Of a stretch of 64,000 nt of DNA, positions 1 through 14,700 are shown one piece after another (position 1 is the first letter of the stretch; the number at the start of each line of letters is the position of its first letter). Made by a program: the position numbers and the translations under genes. The stretch covers positions 367,226,001 through 367,290,000 of the forward strand of contig OZ024742.1 of the NCBI GenBank assembly GCA_964016885.1. The letters run 5' to 3'. Origin of the DNA: Eledone cirrhosa. Its lineage: Eukaryota. Below the pieces are notes generated by a model that was not told where the DNA came from, made no database searches, and saw nothing but the letters and a program-made list of their open reading frames with translations.

Positions 1-3000
1 GCACATTTACAAAGAATATTACAGTATACATGTACTTGGGCACATTTACAAAGAATATTACAGTATACATTTACTTGGGCACATTTACAAAGAATATTAC
101 AGTATACATGTACTTGGGCACATTTACAAAGAATATTACAGTATACATGTACTTGGGCACATTTACAAAGAATATTACAGTATACATGTACCTGAGCACA
201 TTTACAAATAATATTACAGTATACATGTACCTGAGCACATCTACAAAGAATATTATAATATACATGTACCTGAGCACATTTACAAAGAATATTACAGTAT
301 ACATGTACCGGAGCACATTTACAAAGAATATTACTCTATACATGTACTTGGGCACATTTACAAAGAATATTACAGTATACATGTACCTGAGCACATTTAC
401 AAAGCATATTACAGTATACATATACCGGAGCACATTTACAAAGAATATTACAGTATACATTTACCTGAGCTCATTTACAAGGAATATTTCATTATACATG
501 TACCTGGGCACATTTACAAAGAATATTATAGTATACATTTACCTGAGCTCATTTACAAAGAATATTATAGTATACATGTACCTGAGCACATTTACAAAGA
601 ATATTACAGTATACATGTACCTGAGCACATCTACAAAGAATATTACAGTATACATGTACTTCGGGACATTTACAAAGAATATTACAGTATACATGTACCT
701 GAGCACATTTACAAAGAATATTACAGTATATATGTACCTCAGCACATTTACAAAGAATATTATAGTATACATGTACTTGGGCACATTTGCAAAGAATATT
801 ACAGTATACATGTACTTGGGCACATTTACAAAGAATATTACAGTATACATGTACTTGGGCACATTTAAAAAGAATATTATAGTATACATGTACCTGAGCA
901 CATTTACAAAGAATATTACAGTATACATGTACCTGAGCACATTTACAAAGAATATTGCAGTATACATGTACCTGAGCACATTTACAAAGAATATTATATT
1001 ATACATGTACTTGGGCACATTTACAAGGAATAATTCAGTATACATGTACTTGGGCACATTTACAAAGAATATTACAGTATACATGTATCTGAGAACATTT
1101 ACAAAGAATATTACAGTATACATGTACCTGAGCACATTTACAAAGAATATTACAGTATACATGTACCTGAGCACATTTACAAAGAATATTATAGTATAGA
1201 TGTACCTGTGCACATTTACAAAGAGTATTACAGTATACATATACCTGAGCTCATTTACAAAGAATATTACAGTATACATATACCTGAGCACATTTACAAA
1301 GAATATTACAGTATACATGTACCTGAGCTCATTTACTAAGAATATTATAGTATACATGTACCTGAGGACATTTACAAAGAATATTACAGTATACATTTAC
1401 CTAAACTCATTTACTAGGAATATTACAGTATACGTGTATCTGGGCACATTTACAAAGAAAATTATATTATACATATACCTGAGCACATTTACAAAGAATA
1501 TTACAGTATACATATACCTGAGCACATTTACAAAGAATATTACAGTATACATTTACTTGGGCACATTTACAAACAATATTACAGTATACATGTACTTGGG
1601 CACATTTACAAAGAATATTACAGTATACATGTACCTCAGGACATTTACAAAGAATATCACAGTATACATGTACCTGAGCACATTTACAAAGAATATTACA
1701 GTATACATGTACTTGGGCACATTTACAAAGAATATTACAGTATACATGTACCTGAGCACATTTACAAAGAATATTACAGTATACATTTACTTGGGCACAT
1801 TTACAAAGAATATTACAGTATACATGTACTTGGGCACATTTACAAAGAATATTACAGTATACATTTACTTAGGCACATTTACAAAGAATATTACAGTATA
1901 CATGTACTTGGGCAAATTTACAAAGAATATTACAGTATATATGTACTTGGGCACATTTACAAAGAATATTACAGTATACATGTACCTGAGCACATTTACA
2001 AAGAATATTACAGTATACATGTACCTGAGCACATTTACAAAGAATATTACATTATACATGTACCTGAGCACATCTACAAAGAATATTATAGTATACATGT
2101 ACCTGAGCACATTTACAAAGAATATTACAGTATACATGTACTGGAGCACATTTACAAAGTATATTACACTATACATGTACTTGGGCACATTTACAAAGAA
2201 TATTACAGTATACATGTACCTGAGCACATTTACAAAGCATATTACAGTATACATGTACCGGAGCACATTTACAAAGAATATTACAGTATACATTTACCTG
2301 AGCTCATTTACAAGGAATATTTCATTATACATGTACCTGGGCACATTTACAAAGAATATTATAGTATAAATTTACCTGAGCTCATTTACAAAGAATATTA
2401 TAGTATACATGTACCTGAGCACATTTACAAAGAATATTATAGTATACATGTACTTGAGCACATTTACAAGGAATATTACAGTATACATATACCTGAGCAC
2501 ATTTACAAAGAATATTACAGTATACATGTACCTGAGCACATCTACAAAGAATATTACAGTATACATCTACTTCGGGACATTTACAAAGAATATTACAGTA
2601 TACATGTACCTGAGCACATTTACAAAGAATATTACAGTATACATGTACCTGAGCACATTTACAAAGAATATTACAGTATACATGTACCTGAGCACATTTA
2701 CAAAGAATATTACAGTATACATGTACCTGAGCACATTTACAAAGAATATTACAGTATACATTTACCTGAGCACATTTACAGAGAATATTACAGTATACAT
2801 GTACCTGAGCACATTTACAAAGAATATTACAGTATACATGTACCTGAGCACATTTACAAAGAATGTTACAGTATACATTTACCTGAGCACATTTACAAAG
2901 CATATTACAGTATACATGTACCTGAGCACATTTACAAAGATATTACAGTATACATGTACTTGGGCACATTTACAAAGAATATAACAGTATACATGTACCT

Positions 3001-4755
3001 GAGCTCATTTACAAAAATATTACAGTATACATGTACTTGGGCACATTTACAAAGAATATTACAGTATACATGTACTTGGGCAAATCTACAAAGAATATTA
3101 CAGTTTACTTATACCTGAGCACATTTACAAAGAATATTACAGTATACATGTATCTGAGCACATTTACAAAGAATATTTTAGTATACATGTACCTGAGCAC
3201 ATTTACAAAGAATATTACAGTATACATGTACCTGAGCACATTTACAAAGAATATTACAGTATACATGTACCTGAGCCCATTTACAAAGCATATTACAGTA
3301 TACATGTACCGGAGCACATTTACAAAGAATATTACAGTATACATTTACCTGAGCCCATTTACAAGGAATATTACAGTATACAATGTACCTGAGCAGATTT
3401 ACAAAGAATATTATAGTATACATTTACCTGAGCTCATTTACAAAGAATATTATAGTATATATGTATCTGAGCACATTTACAAAGAATATTATAGTATACA
3501 TGTACCTGAGCACATTTACAAGGAATATTACAGTATACATATACCTGAGCACATCTACAAAGAATATTACAGTATACATGTACTTGGGGACAGTTACAAA
3601 GAATATTACAGTATACATGTACCTGAGCACATTTAGAAAGAATATTACAGTATACATGTACCTGAGCACATTTACAAAGAATATTACAGTATGCATGTAT
3701 CTGAGCACATTTACAAAGAATATTACACTATATATGTACCTGAGCACATTTACAAAGAATATTACAGTATACATTTACCTGAGCACATTTACAGAGAATA
3801 TTACAGTATACATGTACCTGAGCACATTTACAAAGAATATTACAGTATACATGTACCTGAGCACATTTACAAAGAATGTTACAGTATACATTTACCTGAG
3901 CACATTTACAAAGCATATTACCGTATACATGTACCTGAGCACATTTACAAAGAATATTACACTATACATGTACTTGGGCAGATTTACAAAGAATATAACA
4001 GTATACATGTACCTGAGCTCATTTACAAAAATATTACAGTATACATGTACTTGGGCACATTTACAAAGAATATTACAGTATACATGTACTTGGGCACATC
4101 TACAAAGAATATTACATTATACATGTACCTGAGCACATTTACAAAGAATATTACAGTATACATGTACTTGGGCACATTAACAAGAATATTACAGTATACA
4201 TGTACCTGAGCAGATTTACAAAGAATATTACAGTTTACATATACCTGAGCACATTTACAAAGAATATTACAGTATACATGTACCGGAGCAATTCTACAAA
4301 AAATATTACAGTATACATGTACTTCGGGACATTTACAAAGAATATTTCATTATACATGTAGCTGGGCACATTTAAAAAGAATATTATAGTATACATTTAC
4401 CTGAGCTCATTTACAAGGAATATTTCATTATACATGTACCTGGGCACATTTACAAAGAATATTATAGTATACATTTACCTGAGCTCATTTACAAAGAATA
4501 TTATATTATACATGTACCTGAGCACATTTACAAAGAATATTATAGTATACATGTACCTGAGCACATTTACAAGGAATATTACAGTATACATATACCTGAG
4601 CACATTTACAAAGAATATTACAGTATACATGTACCTGAGCACATTTACAAAGAATATTATAGTATACATGTACCTGAGCACATCTACAAATAATATTACT
4701 GTATACATGTATCTGAGCACATTTACAAAGAATATTACATTATACATGTACCTGA

Positions 4756-7700
4756 GCACATTTACAAAGAATATTACAGTATACATTTACCTGAGCTAAT
4801 TTACAAAGAATATTACATTATACATGTACCTGAGTACATTTACAAAGAATATTACAGTATACATGTACCTGAGCACATTTACAAAGAATATTACAGTATA
4901 CATTTACCTGAGCACATTTACAGAGAATATTACAGTATACATGTACCTGAGCACATTTACAAAGAATATTACAGTATACATGTACCTGAGCACATTTACA
5001 AAGAATATTATAGTATACATGTACCTGAGCACATCTACAAATAATATTACAGTATACATGTATCTGAGCACATTTACAAAGAATATTACAGTATACATGT
5101 ACCTGAGCACATTTACAAAGAATATTACAGTATACATGTACCTGAGCACATTTACAAAGAATATTACAGTATACATGTACCTGAGCACATTTACAAAGAA
5201 TATTACAGTATACATGTACCTGAGCACATTTACAAAGAATATTACAGTATACATGTACCTGAGCACATTTGCAAAGAATATTATATTATACATGTACCTG
5301 AGCACATTTACAAAGAATATTACCGTATACATGTACCTGAGCACATTTACAAAGAATATTACAGTATACATGTACCTCAGCACATTTACAAAGAATATTA
5401 TAGTATACATGTACTTGGGCACATTTACAAAGAATATTACAGTATACATGTACCTGAGCACATTTACAAAGAATATTACAGTATACATTTACCTGAGCAC
5501 ATTTACAGAGAATATTACAGTATACATGTACCTGAGCACATTTACAAAGAATATTACAGTATACATGTACCTGAGCACATTTACAAAGAATGTTACAGTA
5601 TACATTTACCTGAGCACATTTACAAAGCATATTACAGTATACATGTACCTGAGCACATTTACAAAGATATTACAGTATACATGTACTTGGGCACATTTAC
5701 AAAGAATATAACAGTATACATGTACCTGAGCTCATTTACAAAAATATTACAGTATACATGTACTTGGGCACATTTACAAAGAATATTACAGTATACATGT
5801 ACTTGGGCAAATCTACAAAGAATATTACAGTTTACTTATACCTGAGCACATTTACAAAGAATATTACAGTATACATGTATCTGAGCACATTTACAAAGAA
5901 TATTACAGTATACATGTACCTGAGCACATTTACAAAGAATATTTTAGTATACATGTACCTGAGCACATTTACAAAGAATATTACAGTATACATGTACCTG
6001 AGCACATTTACAAAGAATATTACAGTATACATGTACCTGAGCACATTTACAAAGCATATTACAGTATACATGTACCGGAGCACATTTACAAATAATATTA
6101 CAGTATACATTTACCTGAGCCCATTTACAAGGAATATTACAGTATACAATGTACCTGAGCAGATTTACAAAGAATATTATAGTATACATTTACCTGAGCT
6201 CATTTACAAAGAATATTATAGTATATATGTACCTGAGCACATTTACAAAGAATATTATAGTATACATGTACCTGAGCACATTTACAAGGAATATTACAGT
6301 ATACATATACCTGAGCACATCTACAAAGAATATTACAGTATACATGTACTTGGGGACAGTTACAAAGAATATTACAGTATACATGTACCTGAGCACATTT
6401 AGAAAGAATATTACAGTATACATGTACCTGAGCACATTTACAAAGAATATTACAGTATGCATGTATCTGAGCACATTTACAAAGAATATTACACTATATA
6501 TGTACCTGAGCACATTTACAAAGAATATTACAGTATACATGTACCTGAGCACATTTACAAAGAATGTTACAGTATACATTTACCTGAGCACATTTACAAA
6601 GCATATTACCGTATACATGTACCTGAGCACATTTACAAAGAATATTACACTATACATGTACTTGGGCACATTTACAAAGAATATAACAGTATACATGTAC
6701 CTGAGCTCATTTACAAAAATATTACAGTATACATGTACTTGGGCACATTTACAAAGAATATTACAGTATACATTTACCTGAGCTCATTTACAAAGAATAT
6801 TACATTATACATGTACCTGAGTACATTTACAAAGAATATTACAGTATACATGTACCTGAGCACATTTACAAAGAATATTACAGTATACATTTACCTGAGC
6901 ACATTTACAGAGAATATTACAGTATACATGTACCTGAGCACATTTACAAAGAATATTACAGTATACATGTACCTGAGCACATTTACAAAGAATATTACAG
7001 TATACATGTACCTGAGCACATTTACAAAGAATATTATAGTATACATGTACCTGAGCACATCTACAAATAATATTACAGTATACATGTATCTGAGCACATT
7101 TACAAAGAATATTACAGTATACATGTACCTGAGCACATTTACAAAGAATATTACAGTATACATGTACCTGAGCACATTTACAAAGAATATTACAGTATAC
7201 ATGTACCTGAGCACATTTACAAAGAATATTACAGTATACATGTACCTGAGCACATTTGCAAAGAATATTATATTATACATGTACCTGAGCACATTTACAA
7301 AGAATATTACCGTATACATGTACCTGAGCACATTTACAAAGAATATTACAGTATACATGTACCTCAGCACATTTACAAAGAATATTATAGTATACATGTA
7401 CTTGGGCACATTTACAAAGAATATTACAGTATACATGTACCTGAGCACATTTACAAAGAATATTACAGTATACATTTACCTGAGCACATTTACAGAGAAT
7501 ATTACAGTATACATGTACCTGAGCACATTTACAAAGAATATTACAGTATACATGTACCTGAGCACATTTACAAAGAATGTTACAGTATACATTTACCTGA
7601 GCACATTTACAAAGCATATTACAGTATACATGTACCTGAGCACATTTACAAAGATATTACAGTATACATGTACTTGGGCACATTTACAAAGAATATAACA

Positions 7701-8760
7701 GTATACATGTACCTGAGCTCATTTACAAAAATATTACAGTATACATGTACTTGGGCACATTTACAAAGAATATTACAGTATACATGTACTTGGGCAAATC
7801 TACAAAGAATATTACAGTTTACTTATACCTGAGCACATTTACAAAGAATATTACAGTATACATGTATCTGAGCACATTTACAAAGAATATTACAGTATAC
7901 ATGTACCTGAGCACATTTACAAAGAATATTTTAGTATACATGTACCTGAGCACATTTACAAAGAATATTACAGTATACATGTACCTGAGCACATTTACAA
8001 AGAATATTACAGTATACATGTACCTGAGCACATTTACAAAGCATATTACAGTATACATGTACCGGAGCACATTTACAAAGAATATTACAGTATACATTTA
8101 CCTGAGCCCATTTACAAGGAATATTACAGTATACAATGTACCTGAGCAGATTTACAAAGAATATTATAGTATACATTTACCTGAGCTCATTTACAAAGAA
8201 TATTATAGTATATATGTACCTGAGCACATTTACAAAGAATATTATAGTATACATGTACCTGAGCACATTTACAAGGAATATTACAGTATACATATACCTG
8301 AGCACATCTACAAAGAATATTACAGTATACATGTACTTGGGGACAGTTACAAAGAATATTACAGTATACATGTACCTGAGCACATTTAGAAAGAATATTA
8401 CAGTATACATGTACCTGAGCACATTTACAAAGAATATTACAGTATGCATGTATCTGAGCACATTTACAAAGAATATTACACTATATATGTACCTGAGCAC
8501 ATTTACAAAGAATATTACAGTATACATGTACCTGAGCACATTTACAAAGAATGTTACAGTATACATTTACCTGAGCACATTTACAAAGCATATTACCGTA
8601 TACATGTACCTGAGCACATTTACAAAGATTATTACACTATACATGTACTTGGGCACATTTACAAAGAATATAACAGTATACATGTACCTGAGCTCATTTA
8701 CAAAAATATTACAGTATACATGTACTTGGGCACATTTACAAAGAATATTACAGTATACAT
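4756..8760 (+). repeat. Tandem block duplication, 1987-bp unit (51 monomers minus 2 bp): ~4756-6742 repeated at ~6743-8729
   Basis: ORF pairs 4904/6891, 5286/7273, 5758/7745 and 6149/8136 are all offset by 1987. Rare variants (gagtacat, tttgcaaag, ggcaaatctac, tacaatgtac, gtatgcatg) recur at that offset. Confidence 0.9.
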
Positions 8761-11700
8761 GTACTTGGGCACATCTACAAAGAATATTACATTATACATG
8801 TACCTGAGCACATTTACAAAGAATATTACAGTATACATGTACTTGGGCACATTAACAAGAATATTACAGTATACATGTACCTGAGCAGATTTACAAAGAA
8901 TATTACAGTTTACATATACCTGAGCACATTTACAAAGAATATATACAGTATACATGTACCGGAGCAATTCTACAAAAAATATTACAGTATACATGTACTT
9001 CGGGACATTTACAAAGAATATTTCATTATACATGTAACTGGGCACATTTAAAAAGAATATTATAGTATACATTTACCTGAGCTCATTTACAAGGAATATT
9101 TCATTATACATGTACCTGGGCACATTTACAAAGAATATTATAGTATACATTTACCTGAGCTCATTTACAAAGAATATTACAGTATACATGTACCTGAGTA
9201 CATTTACAAAGAATATTACAGTATACATGTACCTGAGCACATTTACAAAGAATATTACAGTATACATTTACCTGAGCACATTTACAGAGAATATTACAGT
9301 ATACATGTACCTGAGCACATTTACAAAGAATATTACAGTATACATGTACCTGAGCACATTTACAAAGAATATTACAGTATACATGTACCTGAGCACATTT
9401 ACAAAGAATATTATAGTATACATGTACCTGAGCACATCTACAAATAATATTACAGTATACATGTATCTGAGCACATTTACAAAGAATATTACAGTATACA
9501 TGTACCTGAGCACATTTACAAAGAATATTACAGTATACATGTACCTGAGCACATTTACAAATAATATTACAGTATACATGTACCTGAGCACATTTACAAA
9601 GAATATTACAGTATACATGTACCTGAGCACATTTGCAAAGAATATTATATTATACATGTACCTGAGCACATTTACAAAGAATATTACCGTATACATGTAC
9701 CTGAGCACATTTACAAAGAATATTACAGTATACATGTACCTCAGCACATTTACAAAGAATATTATAGTATACATGTACTTGGGCACATTTACAAAGAATA
9801 TTACAGTATACATGTACTTGGGCACATTTACAAAGAATATTACAGTATACATGTACCTGAGCACATTTACAAAGAATATTACAGTATACATGTACCTGAG
9901 CACATTTACAAAGAATATTGCAGTATACATGTACCTGAGCACATTTACAAAGCATAGTACAGTATACATGTACCGGAGCACATTTACAAAGAATATTACA
10001 GTATACATGTACCTCAGCACATTTACAAAGAATATTATAGTATACATGTACTTGGGCACATTTACAAAGAGTATTACAGTATACATGTACTTGGGCACAT
10101 TTACAAAGAATATTACAGTATACATGTATCTGAGCACATTTACAAAGAATATTACAGTATACATGTACCTGAGCACATTTACAAAGAATATTACAGTATA
10201 CATGTACCTGAGCACATTTACAAAGAATATTATAGTATACATGTACCTGAGCACATTTACAAAGAATATTACACTATACACATACCTGAGCTCATTTACA
10301 AAGAATATTACAGTATAAATGTACCTGAGCACATTTACAAAGAATATTACAGTATACATGTACCTCAGGACATTTACAAAGAATATCACAGTATACATGT
10401 ACCTGAGCACATTTACAAAGAATATTACAGTATACATGTACTTGGGCACATTTACAAAGAATATTACAGTATACATGTACCTGAGCACATTTACAAAGAA
10501 TATTACAGTATACATTTACTTGGGGACATTTACAAACAATATTATAGTATACATTTACCTGAGCTCATTTACAAAGAATATTATAGTATACATGTACCTG
10601 GGCATATTTACAAAGAATATTATAGTATACATGTACCTGAGCACATTTACAAGGAATATTACAGTATACATATACCTGAGCACATTTACAAAGAATATTA
10701 CAGTATACATGTACCTGAGCACATCTACAAAGAATATTACAGTATACATCTACTTCGGGACATTTACAAAGAATATTATAGTATACATGTACCTGAGCAC
10801 ATTTACAAAGAATATTACAGTATACATGTACCTGAGCACATTTACAAAGAATATTACAGAATACATGTACCTGAGCACATTTACAAAGAATATTACAGTA
10901 TACATGTACCTGAGCACATTTACAAAGAATATTACAGTATACATTTACCTGAGCACATTTACAGAGAATATTACAGTATACATGTACCTGAGCACATTTA
11001 CAAAGAATATTACAGTATACATGTACCTGAGCACATTTACAAAGAATGTTACAGTATACATTTACCTGAGCACATTTACAAAGCATATTACAGTATACAT
11101 GTACCTGAGCACATTTACAAAGATATTACACTATACATGTACTTGGGCACATTTACAAAGAATATAACAGTATACATGTACCTGAGCTCATTTACAAAAA
11201 TATTACAGTATACATGTACTTGGGCACATTTACAAAGAATATTACAGTATACATGTACTTGGGCACATCTACAAAGAATATTACATTATACATGTACCTG
11301 AGCACATTTACAAAGAATATTACAGTATACATGTACTTGGGCACATTAACAAGAATATTACAGTATACATGTACCTGAGCACATTTACAAAGAATATTAC
11401 AATTTACTTATACCTGAGCACATTTACAAAGAATATTACAGTATACATGTATCTGAGCACATTTACAAAGAATATTACAGTATACATGTACCTGAGCACA
11501 TTTACAAAGAATATTTTAGTATACATGTACCTGAGCACATTTACAAAGAATATTACAGTATACATGTACCTGAGCACATTTACAAAGAATATTACAGTAT
11601 ACATGTACCTGAGCACATTTACAAAGCATATTACAGTATACATGTACGGGAGCACATTTACAAAGAATATTACAGTATACATTTACCTGAGCCCATTTAC

Positions 11701-14700
11701 AAGGAATATTACAGTATACAATGTACCTGGGCACATTTACAAATAATATTATAGTATACATTTACCTGAGCTCATTTACAAAGAATATTATAGTATATAT
11801 GTACCTGAGCACATTTACAAAGAATATTATAGCATACATGTACCTGAGCACATTTACAAGGAATATTACAGTATACATATACCTGAGCACATTTACAAAG
11901 AATATTACCGTATACATGTACCTGAGCACATCTACAAAGAATATTACAGTATACATGTACTTGGGGACAGTTACAAAGAATATTACAGTATACATGTACC
12001 TGAGCACATTTAGAAAGAATATTACAGTATACATGTACCTGAGCACATTTACAAAGAATATTACAGTATACATGTATCTGAGCACATTTACAAAGAATAT
12101 TACAGTATATATGTACCTGAGCACATTTACAAAGAATATTACGGTATACATTTACCTGAGCACATTTACAGAGAATATTACGGTATACATGTACCTGAGC
12201 ACATTTACAAAGAATATTACAGTATACATGTACCTGAGCACATTTACAAATGATGTTACAGTATACATTTACCTGAGCACATTTACAAAGCATATTACAG
12301 TATACATGTACCTGAGCACATTTACAAAGAATATTACACTATACATGTACTTGGGCATATTTACAAAGAATATAACAGTATACATGTACCTGAGCTCATT
12401 TACAAAAATATTACAGTATACATGTACTTGGGCACATTTACAAAGAATATTACAGTATACATGTACTTGGGCACATCTACAAAGAGTATTACATTATACA
12501 TGTACCTGAGCACATTTACAAAGAATATAACAGTATACATGTACCTGAGCTCATTTACAAAAATATTACAGTATACATGTACTTGGGCACATTTACAAAG
12601 AATATTACAGTATACATGTACTTGGGCACATCTACAAAGAATATTACATTATACATGTACCTGAGCACATTTACAAAGAATATTACAGTATACATGTACT
12701 TGGGCACATTAACAAGAATATTACAGTATACATGTACCTGAGCAGATTTACAAAGAATATTACAGTTTACATATACCTGAGCACATTTACAAAGAATATA
12801 TACAGTATACATGTACCGGAGCAATTCTACAAAAAATATTACAGTATACATGTACTTCGGGACATTTACAAAGAATATTTCATTATACATGTAACTGGGC
12901 ACATTTAAAAAGAATATTATAGTATACATTTACCTGAGCTCATTTACAAGGAATATTTCATTATACATGTACCTGGGCACATTTACAAAGAATATTATAG
13001 TATACATTTACCTGAGCTCATTTACAAAGAATATTACAGTATACATGTACCTGAGTACATTTACAAAGAATATTACAGTATACATGTACCTGAGCACATT
13101 TACAAAGAATATTACAGTATACATGTATCTGAGCACATTTACAAAGAATATTACAGTATATATGTACCTGAGCACATTTACAAAGAATATTACGGTATAC
13201 ATTTACCTGAGCACATTTACAGAGAATATTACGGTATACATGTACCTGAGCACATTTACAAAGAATATTACAGTATACATGTACCTGAGCACATTTACAA
13301 ATGATGTTACAGTATACATTTACCTGAGCACATTTACAAAGCATATTACAGTATACATGTACCTGAGCACATTTACAAAGAATATTACACTATACATGTA
13401 CTTGGGCATATTTACAAAGAATATAACAGTATACATGTACCTGAGCTCATTTACAAAAATATTACAGTATACATGTACTTGGGCACATTTACAAAGAATA
13501 TTACAGTATACATGTACTTGGGCACATCTACAAAGAGTATTACATTATACATGTACCTGAGCACATTTACAAAGAATATAACAGTATACATGTACCTGAG
13601 CTCATTTACAAAAATATTACAGTATACATGTACTTGGGCACATTTACAAAGAATATTACAGTATACATGTACTTGGGCACATCTACAAAGAATATTACAT
13701 TATACATGTACCTGAGCACATTTACAAAGAATATTACAGTATACATGTACTTGGGCACATTAACAAGAATATTACAGTATACATGTACCTGAGCAGATTT
13801 ACAAAGAATATTACAGTTTACATATACCTGAGCACATTTACAAAGAATATATACAGTATACATGTACCGGAGCAATTCTACAAAAAATATTACAGTATAC
13901 ATGTACTTCGGGACATTTACAAAGAATATTTCATTATACATGTAACTGGGCACATTTAAAAAGAATATTATAGTATACATTTACCTGAGCTCATTTACAA
14001 GGAATATTTCATTATACATGTACCTGGGCACATTTACAAAGAATATTATAGTATACATTTACCTGAGCTCATTTACAAAGAATATTACAGTATACATGTA
14101 CCTGAGTACATTTACAAAGAATATTACAGTATACATGTACCTGAGCACATTTACAAAGAATATTACAGTATACATTTACCTGAGCACATTTACAGAGAAT
14201 ATTACAGTATACATGTACCTGAGCACATTTACAAAGAATATTACAGTATACATGTACCTGAGCACATTTACAAAGAATATTACAGTATACATGTACCTGA
14301 GCACATTTACAAAGAATATTATAGTATACATGTACCTGAGCACATCTACAAATAATATTACAGTATACATGTATCTGAGCACATTTACAAAGAATATTAC
14401 AGTATACATGTACCTGAGCACATTTACAAAGAATATTACAGTATACATGTACCTGAGCACATTTACAAAGAATATTACAGTATACATGTACCTGAGCACA
14501 TTTACAAAGAATATTACAGTATACATGTACCTGAGCACATTTGCAAAGAATATTATATTATACATGTACCTGAGCACATTTACAAAGAATATTACCGTAT
14601 ACATGTACCTGAGCACATTTACAAAGAATATTACAGTATACATGTACCTCAGCACATTTACAAAGAATATTATAGTATACATGTACTTGGGCACATTTAC

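Noticed and set aside
27-36. p53-like half-site (ATACATGTAC versus RRRCWWGYYY)
   Set aside because: It has two mismatches and no adjacent second half-site, so it is not supportable.
2382-2903. Cys/His-rich minus-strand ORFs (CKCAQVHVYCNIL)n resembling a metallothionein or zinc finger
   Set aside because: This is another reading frame of the satellite. It is broken at every gagctc variant and lacks proper zinc-finger spacing.
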